Below, piece by piece: positions 54,581-62,719 of a stretch of 64,000 nucleotides of DNA. Positions within the stretch are counted from its first letter, which is position 1. Each line of letters starts with the position of its first letter. The notes below the pieces were generated by a model, which saw only the letters and a program-made list of their open reading frames with translations, made no database searches and had not been told where the DNA came from. Source of the DNA: Bacteroidetes bacterium GWF2_35_48 (GTDB taxonomy: Bacteria > Bacteroidota > Bacteroidia > Bacteroidales > GWF2-35-48); the NCBI GenBank assembly GCA_001769125.1, contig MEOG01000073.1:14834-78833 (forward strand), read 5' to 3'. The position numbers and the translations under genes were made by a program.

Positions 54581-55780
54581 TTATTTGTTTTTAAATTTAT
54601 AGCATTTTGTTATCTTTCCACTATCACACATGACGGAGCAAAAGTTGCAATTTATACATTTTGATTTATAATGTAAATTTTCCTGAATTTTTTTTACAAT
54701 ATCCGGTTCGCAAATAAAGGGGCGGCACATTGAAACATAATCTATTCCTGCATTTATTGCTTCATTTATATCATCAAGATTTCTGTAGCCTCCCACTGAA
54801 ATAATCGGAAGTTTCGTATGTTCTCTTGCAATAAGTGCATATTTAATATTATACTTTGATGAAAAAGATTTTATTTGTCTTTTAATAACAGGTGCTGCCA
54901 GTACTTTCCATAAGGTATTATATATTTTTCCATGCCCTTTATAAAAAGGATTTATTTTTAAAATAAGATCGAGAGGTATGTCGCCACGAATTATATTCAG
55001 TGCCACATCCATGGTTCCATAACTAATTTCTAATGCATCAACATTTATTGTGTTGATAAATTGAATCAGATGAATATATTGTTGCTCTGAAAAAGCGAGT
55101 TTTCCGTCAGCACTGCCACTTATTTTAAGAATTACAGGGAAGTCATCCCCGCAATCAATTCTTATTTTTTCTATTACACTTTGCAGAAATGCAGTACCCA
55201 GTCTGGTTTTTTCATCAATTCCAAAAATATCTTTTCTGTTATTAATTGCAGGTAATAAAAATTGATGTATCAGATAACCGTGTGCGGCATGCACCTGAAC
55301 ACCGTCAAATCCTGCTTCTTTAGCCCATTTGGCGCTTTGTGCAAATTGATTAATTATTTCTTTAATTTCAGATGTGGATAAAGTCTCTGGTTTGCTTTTA
55401 AAATAGGGAGAAGCTTTTGATGAGGCACCTCTGACTTTTTGTACCCTTTCATTTATGGTTTGACGACCTGTATGCGCAAGCTGAATAAAAATTTTGCTTC
55501 CATTACGATGAACTTCATCTGTGATTTTTTTGTACAGCATGGCTTTTTCATGATTATCAAAGCCGCCTTGCGCATTCTGCATCGCTTTCCCATCAGGAGC
55601 GACATGCACAAAACCAGTAATGATAAGTCCCGGTTTACCGGCAGAAAGCTCTGAATACATTTTGAAATAATCATTGCCGGGAATACCATCAGGACTGCAT
55701 GCGCCTTCATACGTTGCAGAGCGCACGATACGATTAGTAAGTCTGCAATTTCCAATATATGATTCTTCAAAGGCTTTCAT
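54581..55780 (-). CDS. Old-Yellow-Enzyme-family NADH:flavin oxidoreductase with C-terminal Cys cluster
   Basis: FIQLAHTGRQ, GFDGVQVHAAHGYLIHQFL, and C-terminal CINCNFCSVMC. Confidence 0.85.
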   Translation of the reverse strand: MKAFEESYIGNCRLTNRIVRSATYEGACSPDGIPGNDYFKMYSELSAGKPGLIITGFVHVAPDGKAMQNAQGGFDNHEKAMLYKKITDEVHRNGSKIFIQLAHTGRQTINERVQKVRGASSKASPYFKSKPETLSTSEIKEIINQFAQSAKWAKEAGFDGVQVHAAHGYLIHQFLLPAINNRKDIFGIDEKTRLGTAFLQSVIEKIRIDCGDDFPVILKISGSADGKLAFSEQQYIHLIQFINTINVDALEISYGTMDVALNIIRGDIPLDLILKINPFYKGHGKIYNTLWKVLAAPVIKRQIKSFSSKYNIKYALIAREHTKLPIISVGGYRNLDDINEAINAGIDYVSMCRPFICEPDIVKKIQENLHYKSKCINCNFCSVMCDSGKITKCYKFKNK

Positions 55781-56757
55781 TATGCTTTTGTATCTGAATA
55801 AAGTTTAAACAGGAATTCAACGAGCACATAAGATAAGATGAAAAGTACCATTGCCAGTTCCTGATTGAATAAGGCGATGAGCGCACATTGACTGCAACAG
55901 CAAGCTCTGAAATTTACCGATAGAGAATAATACGCTTCTTTGCCAACAGGATTTCTGAAATATAAAATTCCGGTCCAGAGTTGCAGAAAAAATGCCACGA
56001 GAGAAAGTATCAGAAATACGTTGTTTGCTCGTGCTACAATAAAATCACCAAAGTAAAAAAATAAAAACAAGGAAGCAGGAACGAGTGAAAATGCAAGCGC
56101 AAAATAACGGGCTTTGTGTAATCCGAATTTAACAACAATCGTATTTTTTCCCGCAAGTTTGTCGCCTTTGTAATCTTTAAAATATGTGTAGAATGTCATG
56201 ATCGCATTCAATGCAAAAATTATGAGTAATACTGAAACCCTGCTTGATGTAAAATAGGGTTCGGAGGTTGGACCGCTTGCAAGGAAGCCGTATATCGTGC
56301 ATTGTGTGAGCATCAATCCGAAAATAATATTGCCAAGAATGCCGTAGCCTTTTGCATATTCATAAATTACATTGAGAATTACACCGGCAAATAAGGGTAT
56401 CAGTGCCAGCTTTTCTAAATAAAACCATGTAATCAGAGCAGTAGTAGTAATCAGAACGATAGATACAAGCAGGGCGATATTTTTATTCAACTCCCCTGTA
56501 ACCATTGGTCGGTTAGGAGCATTAATCTTATCTTCTTTTAATCCCAGATAATCATTTACAATTTGATTGATACCCCAACTTAAAAAGAGCATTGCTAATA
56601 TAACAGAAGTTTTAAGAGTAGATGGAATGATTTCAACCGTATGAAAATTTTCAGCAATATGCCTGTAAAAAGCAACACCCACAAAGCCTGCTATCCCTGT
56701 GATAAAAGAATAATAAAGGCGCATTGATTTTATGTAGGCTTTCGTAAATGTTAGCAT
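55780..56757 (-). CDS. UbiA-family integral-membrane prenyltransferase
   Basis: About 8-9 TMs. First Asp-rich motif NQIVNDYLGLKEDKINAPNRP and second motif YTYFKDYKGDKLAGKNT. TAATG overlap with the downstream OYE gene. Confidence 0.85.
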   Translation of the reverse strand: MLTFTKAYIKSMRLYYSFITGIAGFVGVAFYRHIAENFHTVEIIPSTLKTSVILAMLFLSWGINQIVNDYLGLKEDKINAPNRPMVTGELNKNIALLVSIVLITTTALITWFYLEKLALIPLFAGVILNVIYEYAKGYGILGNIIFGLMLTQCTIYGFLASGPTSEPYFTSSRVSVLLIIFALNAIMTFYTYFKDYKGDKLAGKNTIVVKFGLHKARYFALAFSLVPASLFLFFYFGDFIVARANNVFLILSLVAFFLQLWTGILYFRNPVGKEAYYSLSVNFRACCCSQCALIALFNQELAMVLFILSYVLVEFLFKLYSDTKA

Positions 56758-56769
56758 GGTATAAATTCT

Positions 56770-58086
56770 TTATAATTTATAGACTTTTTCGTAGAATTTA
56801 CTTTGTCTGCCTCTTCTCCAGTTCTTAAAAAGATGTTCTGATTTCTCGGGAGAAAGTGGTAATGACTTCAAATTATTTTCTTTAAATTCTTTATAAATTT
56901 CACACGAATATTTTTCACAAATCCAGCAGTCACCGCCACCTGCAAAACTTTTTCTCATTTTTTTATATATCTCGTCAAAATTTCCGGTTGTAATATTACC
57001 ATAAGATATATTTACAAATTCGCAGGGTTGCACATCTCCTTTTGCATTGATGTAAAAGCGGTCAGTTCCTCCGGCGGTACATCCAAACATTTCTTCACTT
57101 TCTTCAATAATTTGCGCGCTGATTGAAGGATATTTATTTTTTGAAACATCAAGATTGTAATGCATTACTTTTTGCTTTACCGTTTTCAGATCTTCTTCGT
57201 TGAAATCATTTTCAATACCTGATAAATATCCGCCTGCTGGCTTGGGTTTAATGATTTGGATCAGCGTTATTCCACGGTCTTTAGTAAGCTCCATTATTTT
57301 TTCAAAAGTTCCGTCAAAAAAAGAATTTTTCATGAGGCAGGTATTGATTGCTGCTGCAAAACCGGCTTCCCTGCACATTTGTATTCCCTGAATCATATCG
57401 TCCCAAGCGGTTTCTTTGCCCATAAATTCATTAAATGATTTTTTTTCCGGGGTATGAAGCGAAAACATGAAACCTGCAATATTATCTTGTTTCAATTCTT
57501 TGAGTTTTTCAATACTCATGCCATCTCCTGTTGAGTTAATCCATATTTCTGAACGATGGTCAATGGCTCTGCATACTTGCTTTAACCTTTCAAAAACAAG
57601 AAAAGGTTCGCCTCCTTCAATATTGAAAAAAGCAATCCCCATATCCTGCAATTTTTTTATTGTGGAAATTAAAATATTTATGTCCATGTCTTTTCCGATG
57701 TCGTGTTTCTGATAACAATGAGGACAACTGAAACGACAGGCAGAAGTTACAGAAATAAGTACGGTTGTGCAGGGCATGATATCTTTAAAAACCGCAAATT
57801 TATTGCAGGCTGTAAAAAATGCTTTTGATGGAAAAGCAGGCACGTACAAATCAATTTTTGTCCCCTGCCGTGTTCGTGCAAACTTATTATGCTGAATGGA
57901 TGAAAGAAAAAAATTAAGTCTCCGCAACACCCTGATGAATGTAACAGGACTTATTATAAAAAGCATCATTTTGAAATAAAATGTGTAAAAAACAACGAAT
58001 TTTACTTTCAGATTAAATCTTGATTTTTGTGTTGCTGTTAAATTTTTTTCCTGTATCATTTGTTTTATTTTTATAAACTGTGGCAT
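56770..58086 (-). CDS. radical SAM protein with N-terminal membrane segment and C-terminal auxiliary Cys motif
   Basis: SACRFSCPHC (CxxxCxxC), GGEPFL, and later GCTAGGTDRFYINAKGDVQPC...CWICEKYSC. Confidence 0.85.
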   Translation of the reverse strand: MPQFIKIKQMIQEKNLTATQKSRFNLKVKFVVFYTFYFKMMLFIISPVTFIRVLRRLNFFLSSIQHNKFARTRQGTKIDLYVPAFPSKAFFTACNKFAVFKDIMPCTTVLISVTSACRFSCPHCYQKHDIGKDMDINILISTIKKLQDMGIAFFNIEGGEPFLVFERLKQVCRAIDHRSEIWINSTGDGMSIEKLKELKQDNIAGFMFSLHTPEKKSFNEFMGKETAWDDMIQGIQMCREAGFAAAINTCLMKNSFFDGTFEKIMELTKDRGITLIQIIKPKPAGGYLSGIENDFNEEDLKTVKQKVMHYNLDVSKNKYPSISAQIIEESEEMFGCTAGGTDRFYINAKGDVQPCEFVNISYGNITTGNFDEIYKKMRKSFAGGGDCWICEKYSCEIYKEFKENNLKSLPLSPEKSEHLFKNWRRGRQSKFYEKVYKL

Positions 58087-58103
58087 CGCCCCATGGGGCG
58101 ATG
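58084..58103 (-). promoter_or_regulatory. perfect 20-bp GC-rich palindrome overlapping the rSAM start codon
   Basis: CATCGCCCCATGGGGCGATG is its own reverse complement. The 3'-arm ATG (58086-58084) is the annotated start. Confidence 0.6.
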
Positions 58104-58110
58104 TTACAGT

Positions 58111-59139
58111 TTATATATAGGCATTTTGTTTATACCATTCCACTGTTTTTTTTATGCCCTGTTCAAGACTTATTTCACTTGTAAAACCTAATTCTTTTTT
58201 TGCTTTTTCCACGCTGAATTCAAGATTATCGTAAAACATATTTATTCTGCTACGGGAGAGCAAAGGTGGATTTTTTATTTTAAAAATTGTATAAAAAAGT
58301 TCTAATAAAAAACCGATAGGATATATTAATCCTTTGGGAATATCTGCCGGTTTTTTTTTGTTTATTTCTGTGCAAAATAATTCGTATATCTTGTGCATTA
58401 ATACGGTTTCTGAATTTCCTGCAATATATTTATTGATTCCTGTGGGTTGTTTTTCATAAACGATATAAAAAAAACGTGCAAGATCATCTGCGTGAATTAC
58501 CGGAAATTTATTTTTTTTACTTCCGGGAAGATAGGGCATTCCTGATTTTACGGTTTTTAAATATTCAAAAAATCCCGTGTTAAATTCTCGTTCTCCGTAG
58601 ACCCAAACAGGCTCTACGACTGTAAGATTAAGATTGTTTTTTTCTGCGATTTCAATAGCTTTTTTAGTTAATTCTGTTTTTGTATCTCTGTAGAAATTCA
58701 TTGCAGAAGGAAATATTGCATCAAGAAAATATGGGTAGTGGGAGTTGCAGAGACTATTTTCATTTTTAATAGTAAGTGAATTTTCTTCACCATAAGATGA
58801 AATTGATCCTGTTATGATAATGTTTTTAATGCCGCAATCAACTGCAGCTCTCATGACATTTTCTGTTCCTGTAACATTGGTTTTATAGAAGTCGTCATAT
58901 CTTCCCCAGTCTTTTGCAAGGCCTGCAATATGAATTACAAAATTTGCATTTTTAAAGGCGTTGTTCAAGCTTGTATAGTCGCTGATATCTCCTTTAATGT
59001 ATTCAATATCCTGTTTAAATTTTACAGCCTCAGGGTCTCTAACAAGACATGCAAAATCTACATTCCTTTTGTGAAAATATTCTGCCACATGGCTTCCAAT
59101 GAATCCGGCAACGCCTGTTATGATTAGTTTTTTCTGCAA
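58111..59139 (-). CDS. NAD-dependent epimerase/dehydratase-family SDR
   Basis: ITGVAGFIGSHV Rossmann motif and the YRDTK (YxxxK) catalytic motif. Confidence 0.88.
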   Translation of the reverse strand: MQKKLIITGVAGFIGSHVAEYFHKRNVDFACLVRDPEAVKFKQDIEYIKGDISDYTSLNNAFKNANFVIHIAGLAKDWGRYDDFYKTNVTGTENVMRAAVDCGIKNIIITGSISSYGEENSLTIKNENSLCNSHYPYFLDAIFPSAMNFYRDTKTELTKKAIEIAEKNNLNLTVVEPVWVYGEREFNTGFFEYLKTVKSGMPYLPGSKKNKFPVIHADDLARFFYIVYEKQPTGINKYIAGNSETVLMHKIYELFCTEINKKKPADIPKGLIYPIGFLLELFYTIFKIKNPPLLSRSRINMFYDNLEFSVEKAKKELGFTSEISLEQGIKKTVEWYKQNAYI

Positions 59140-59210
59140 AATATATTTTGTTGTTTTTTAAATCAAAATTAACGATTCAATCATAAGATATCATAATTAT
59201 TAATTGAATT

Positions 59211-60254
59211 TTAAATTGCAAATTTCATAAGAATATAAAACATATTTTTTTCAGGCTGTAGCGTGAATGACGTTGGTAACACGTAGTTCCGCAGATAGCT
59301 TACTGTAACATAATTATATTTTGCGAAAGGTAGATCTAGGCACATCCTCCAGCCAAAACCGTTTGTTTTGTGATAGCATAAGCCAGCACCATATAGAAAT
59401 GCAACTTCTGCAAGCACATAAGCATTGTCGTTATTATTCAATTCACCTTTGAGTGTCTCTCCAATTGTTTCATCAACGCTGAAATACTTACCCAGTCTGG
59501 CTTTTATCTGACCGTGCAAATCTTTAGCATCACCAAGGATATAGATAAATTCATATCCGGTATCATAGTCATAGCCAAATGGATTTTTAATTCTTTCTGT
59601 ATATAACTCACTTGAAATTTTCAGGTAATTTAAACCTGCAAAAAGTCCGAATTGAGCCAGAGATTTAAAATCATAACTTGGAATTGCATTGACTGAAAGA
59701 CTAAATTTCTTAATAGGAATATCAATATAAAGGTATGGTGATAATGTAAAACCACGTTTTGTGTTCCAGATAGTAGTATCAGGTGTAACTGTTTTAAAAA
59801 GATTATTACCGGCACGGAAAGAACCGCCTAAAAATATTTTATAAAAACGGGAATGAATACTTACTCCTGCAGAGCCTGTAAGCGCAGCATTGTCCGCATC
59901 TGTAATGCCCGCATAAGGTCTTTTATAAGCAAGATAACCAAAATCGAAATTTAAAAAACGGAGAAAAGGAGAATTTTTTGTTACAAATGGCACGCTTCCA
60001 ACCATGCCCCCGAATAATTTTGTTTTTGAGAACATTTGGGCTTCCAGCGCCCACCTGTAATTTTTCGGCGGGTCAATTTTTCCGGTTTTATCTGCTACCG
60101 AGTCCAACGTTGTAGGAACAACAATATTTTTTCTGAACATCCGATTATAAAATTCATCATTAAGCTGAACTTCCTGACCCATAATGTGAGTAAGGGATAA
60201 AACTGTCAATATTAAAATAACAGCAATTTTTTTGAGGTATAAATTCATAAGCAA
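59211..60254 (-). CDS. hypothetical secreted, outer-membrane beta-barrel-like protein encoded inside the operon
   Basis: 347 aa. Signal peptide (LSLTHIMGQE), alternating aromatic strands, C-terminal ILMKFAI. No motif recognised. Confidence 0.45.
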   Translation of the reverse strand: MLMNLYLKKIAVILILTVLSLTHIMGQEVQLNDEFYNRMFRKNIVVPTTLDSVADKTGKIDPPKNYRWALEAQMFSKTKLFGGMVGSVPFVTKNSPFLRFLNFDFGYLAYKRPYAGITDADNAALTGSAGVSIHSRFYKIFLGGSFRAGNNLFKTVTPDTTIWNTKRGFTLSPYLYIDIPIKKFSLSVNAIPSYDFKSLAQFGLFAGLNYLKISSELYTERIKNPFGYDYDTGYEFIYILGDAKDLHGQIKARLGKYFSVDETIGETLKGELNNNDNAYVLAEVAFLYGAGLCYHKTNGFGWRMCLDLPFAKYNYVTVSYLRNYVLPTSFTLQPEKNMFYILMKFAI

Positions 60255-60277
60255 TTGGTCATTAAATATTAATAAAT

Positions 60278-61546
60278 CTATACAAATTTTTTAAACAGCA
60301 CCGCTGAATTATGTCCACCAAAACCGTATGATGTAGACAAAGCGTAATTAATATCAGCAGAACAACTTTTGTTAATGATGTTTAATCCTTCAATATTGTT
60401 TTCAGAGAGATTCAGATGTACACATTGTTGTTTAATAGATATTGCTGTAACAGCTGCTTCAATTGCAGCGCTGGCACCAATAGAGTGTCCCAGTATGCTT
60501 TTCGTTGAGTTTATCAATGGTTGGTTTTTTACAGAACCAAATATTTCTTTTATTGCTGCTGCTTCAATGGAATCGTTATTGGTTGTAGCAGTCCCATGTG
60601 CATTCAGATAATCTATTTTTTTATTTTCAGATGCTTGCCGTAGTAATTTTTTTATTTGCATTCCGGATTCTTCCATCTGCAAAATATTATGATGATCGCT
60701 GTTAAAAAAACAATCTGTAATTTCAGCGTAAATTTGAGCGCCTCTTGCAAGCGCATGTTCCATTTCTTCAAGAATAAGAATACAGCCTGCTCCTTCTGAA
60801 AACAAAAAACCACTTCGGTTTTCTGAAAAAGATTCAGGTTGTCCATTTTTTGAAAGCGTGAGTGCACCAAGCATATCAAAACCACGCATCATTGCGCCGA
60901 ATTCATCCATCAGGCATTCAACACCTCCTGTTATCATAAATTTCGATTCTCCATTTTTTATTTTGCCGAATGCTTCTCCTATAGCATGATTTCCTGATGC
61001 ACAAGAAGCGTTAATCGTATGACATTGATCACTGGTTCCAAAAATTATGGAAATCCAGGCTGCGACAGAATTTGGCATTGTTAGAGGAATAACCATCCTG
61101 TTGTAACGATAGTCTTTTAATTCTTCATTTTGAAGGTGATGCGCTGCATGCTGAACGTAGGAGGTAAAAGCGGTTTTAAGAGAACTTATTCCAACTCCGA
61201 TTATTATTCCGGGGCTTTCATTTTCTTCAATCTGAAAACCGGTTTTATTATTTTCTTTTAACTGAAAACCTGCATCCAGTAAAGCTTCTTTTGTACATAC
61301 GATTCCAATTTTTACATTTTCTTCCATCAGTAAATTCAGTTTGTTATGAAAACCATAATCACCAATATTTATTTTTGGAAAGGGTACAAAAAAACGCGAA
61401 CGGAAGGTATAATTTTTCTCAAAGCAATCTGGAACAGAAGCTACAAAAATAGTTCCTTCTAAAAGATTTTTAAATAAGCAGTCTTTCGTGTTTGAATTTC
61501 CTGAAATTGCAGAAATGCCTGTAATTACTACTCTTTTTCTTTCCAT
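60278..61546 (-). CDS. beta-ketoacyl-ACP synthase (KAS I/II type, Cys-His-His)
   Basis: INASCASGNHAIGEA (Cys), NSDHHNI (His), LNAHGTATTNND (His), GHSIGASAA, and C-terminal SYGFGGHNSAVLF. Confidence 0.9.
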   Translation of the reverse strand: MERKRVVITGISAISGNSNTKDCLFKNLLEGTIFVASVPDCFEKNYTFRSRFFVPFPKINIGDYGFHNKLNLLMEENVKIGIVCTKEALLDAGFQLKENNKTGFQIEENESPGIIIGVGISSLKTAFTSYVQHAAHHLQNEELKDYRYNRMVIPLTMPNSVAAWISIIFGTSDQCHTINASCASGNHAIGEAFGKIKNGESKFMITGGVECLMDEFGAMMRGFDMLGALTLSKNGQPESFSENRSGFLFSEGAGCILILEEMEHALARGAQIYAEITDCFFNSDHHNILQMEESGMQIKKLLRQASENKKIDYLNAHGTATTNNDSIEAAAIKEIFGSVKNQPLINSTKSILGHSIGASAAIEAAVTAISIKQQCVHLNLSENNIEGLNIINKSCSADINYALSTSYGFGGHNSAVLFKKFV

Positions 61547-61548
61547 AG

Positions 61549-62547
61549 TTATTTTAGTAAGTTTTGTAGTGTATTTATATAATCTTTTACATTGTTAAAA
61601 TCCCGTGCAGAAATATCAAAATGGTTCAAATCAAGAATGTTTTTTTCTTTTTTTAGAAGGAAATTCTGATCTTTTGTAAGTACTCCAATTTTGTAAAATT
61701 TCAAAAATGATTTTTCTGTGTCAGCTAAAAATTCTGCTTCATTTTTTTTCGGAACAGTAAATAAAAGTTCATATTCTCCACATTCAGCAATCATAAGCAT
61801 TTCAACAGGTTTTCTTAAAAGTTTGGCAGCTTTTTGCGCGATGTTGTGATACGGAATATTTTCAACAAGAAATCCTGTTTGATTGCAATTCGCAAGATGA
61901 ATAAGGGAATGACAAAGACCATCGCTTGTGTCAATGCACGACGAAGCGTATTTTTTAATGAATGCAGATTCAGCAAGTCTGGGAATTAATTTTATTTTAT
62001 ATGTATTCAGAAAGGGCGCTAATAGCTTATTGTCAGAATAAATGTTCATCATTGCTTCAAAGTTGCCTGCACCAATCGAGCCACTCAAATAAAGAAGGTC
62101 TCCTTCACTTGCTCCTGAGCGCATCAGGGGTTTATCGGTTTCTCCAAGCACAACTGCTGTATAGCTCCATTGCTCTGCTGTCCCAAAATCGCCGCCAATA
62201 AAATTTATTTTAAATTTTTGTAACGAATGCTTTATTCCTTTTGTAAATTCATTTAAAAATTTCTCATCCCATTCTTTGCTTATTACAAGGCTGTGTGAAT
62301 AATAAAGCGGTTTTCCACCGCAAGCCAGAACATCGCTTATTGCAGCAACCGAAAGATTGTAACCTAAAATAAAAGGATCATTTTCTCTGAATTTATCTTC
62401 TGCCGAAAATCCATCTATTGTAAAAAGAAGAAATTTATCTCCCCATTCAATAATCTCGCAATCGGCTTCAAAGGGCTTATTTAATTGAGTTCCTCCTTTC
62501 GCTAAAATGCTGCAAATGGCTTGAATGCTTTGTTTTTCGTTGAGCAT
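61549..62547 (-). CDS. AIR-synthase-related (PurM/ThiL/HypE superfamily) ATP-dependent enzyme
   Basis: LFTIDGFSAED, ISDVLACGG, FIGGDFG and SGASEGDLLYLSGSIGAGN follow the ThiL/PurM-like pattern (by eye). Confidence 0.75.
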   Translation of the reverse strand: MLNEKQSIQAICSILAKGGTQLNKPFEADCEIIEWGDKFLLFTIDGFSAEDKFRENDPFILGYNLSVAAISDVLACGGKPLYYSHSLVISKEWDEKFLNEFTKGIKHSLQKFKINFIGGDFGTAEQWSYTAVVLGETDKPLMRSGASEGDLLYLSGSIGAGNFEAMMNIYSDNKLLAPFLNTYKIKLIPRLAESAFIKKYASSCIDTSDGLCHSLIHLANCNQTGFLVENIPYHNIAQKAAKLLRKPVEMLMIAECGEYELLFTVPKKNEAEFLADTEKSFLKFYKIGVLTKDQNFLLKKEKNILDLNHFDISARDFNNVKDYINTLQNLLK

Positions 62548-62719
62548 TGTGGGGTTTGGTTATATTTTGTTTCTAATATTGGAATCAATCCTATTATTTG
62601 TCTCCATTTATACTGCAATATTTTTTTCGTAAATATGAGGGTCAGCCTTAAAGGCTTATTTAGCTTTTGGAATCGTGAGTGAGATTTAAGCAAATGCTAA
62701 ATGACCTCAAAACAAATGG

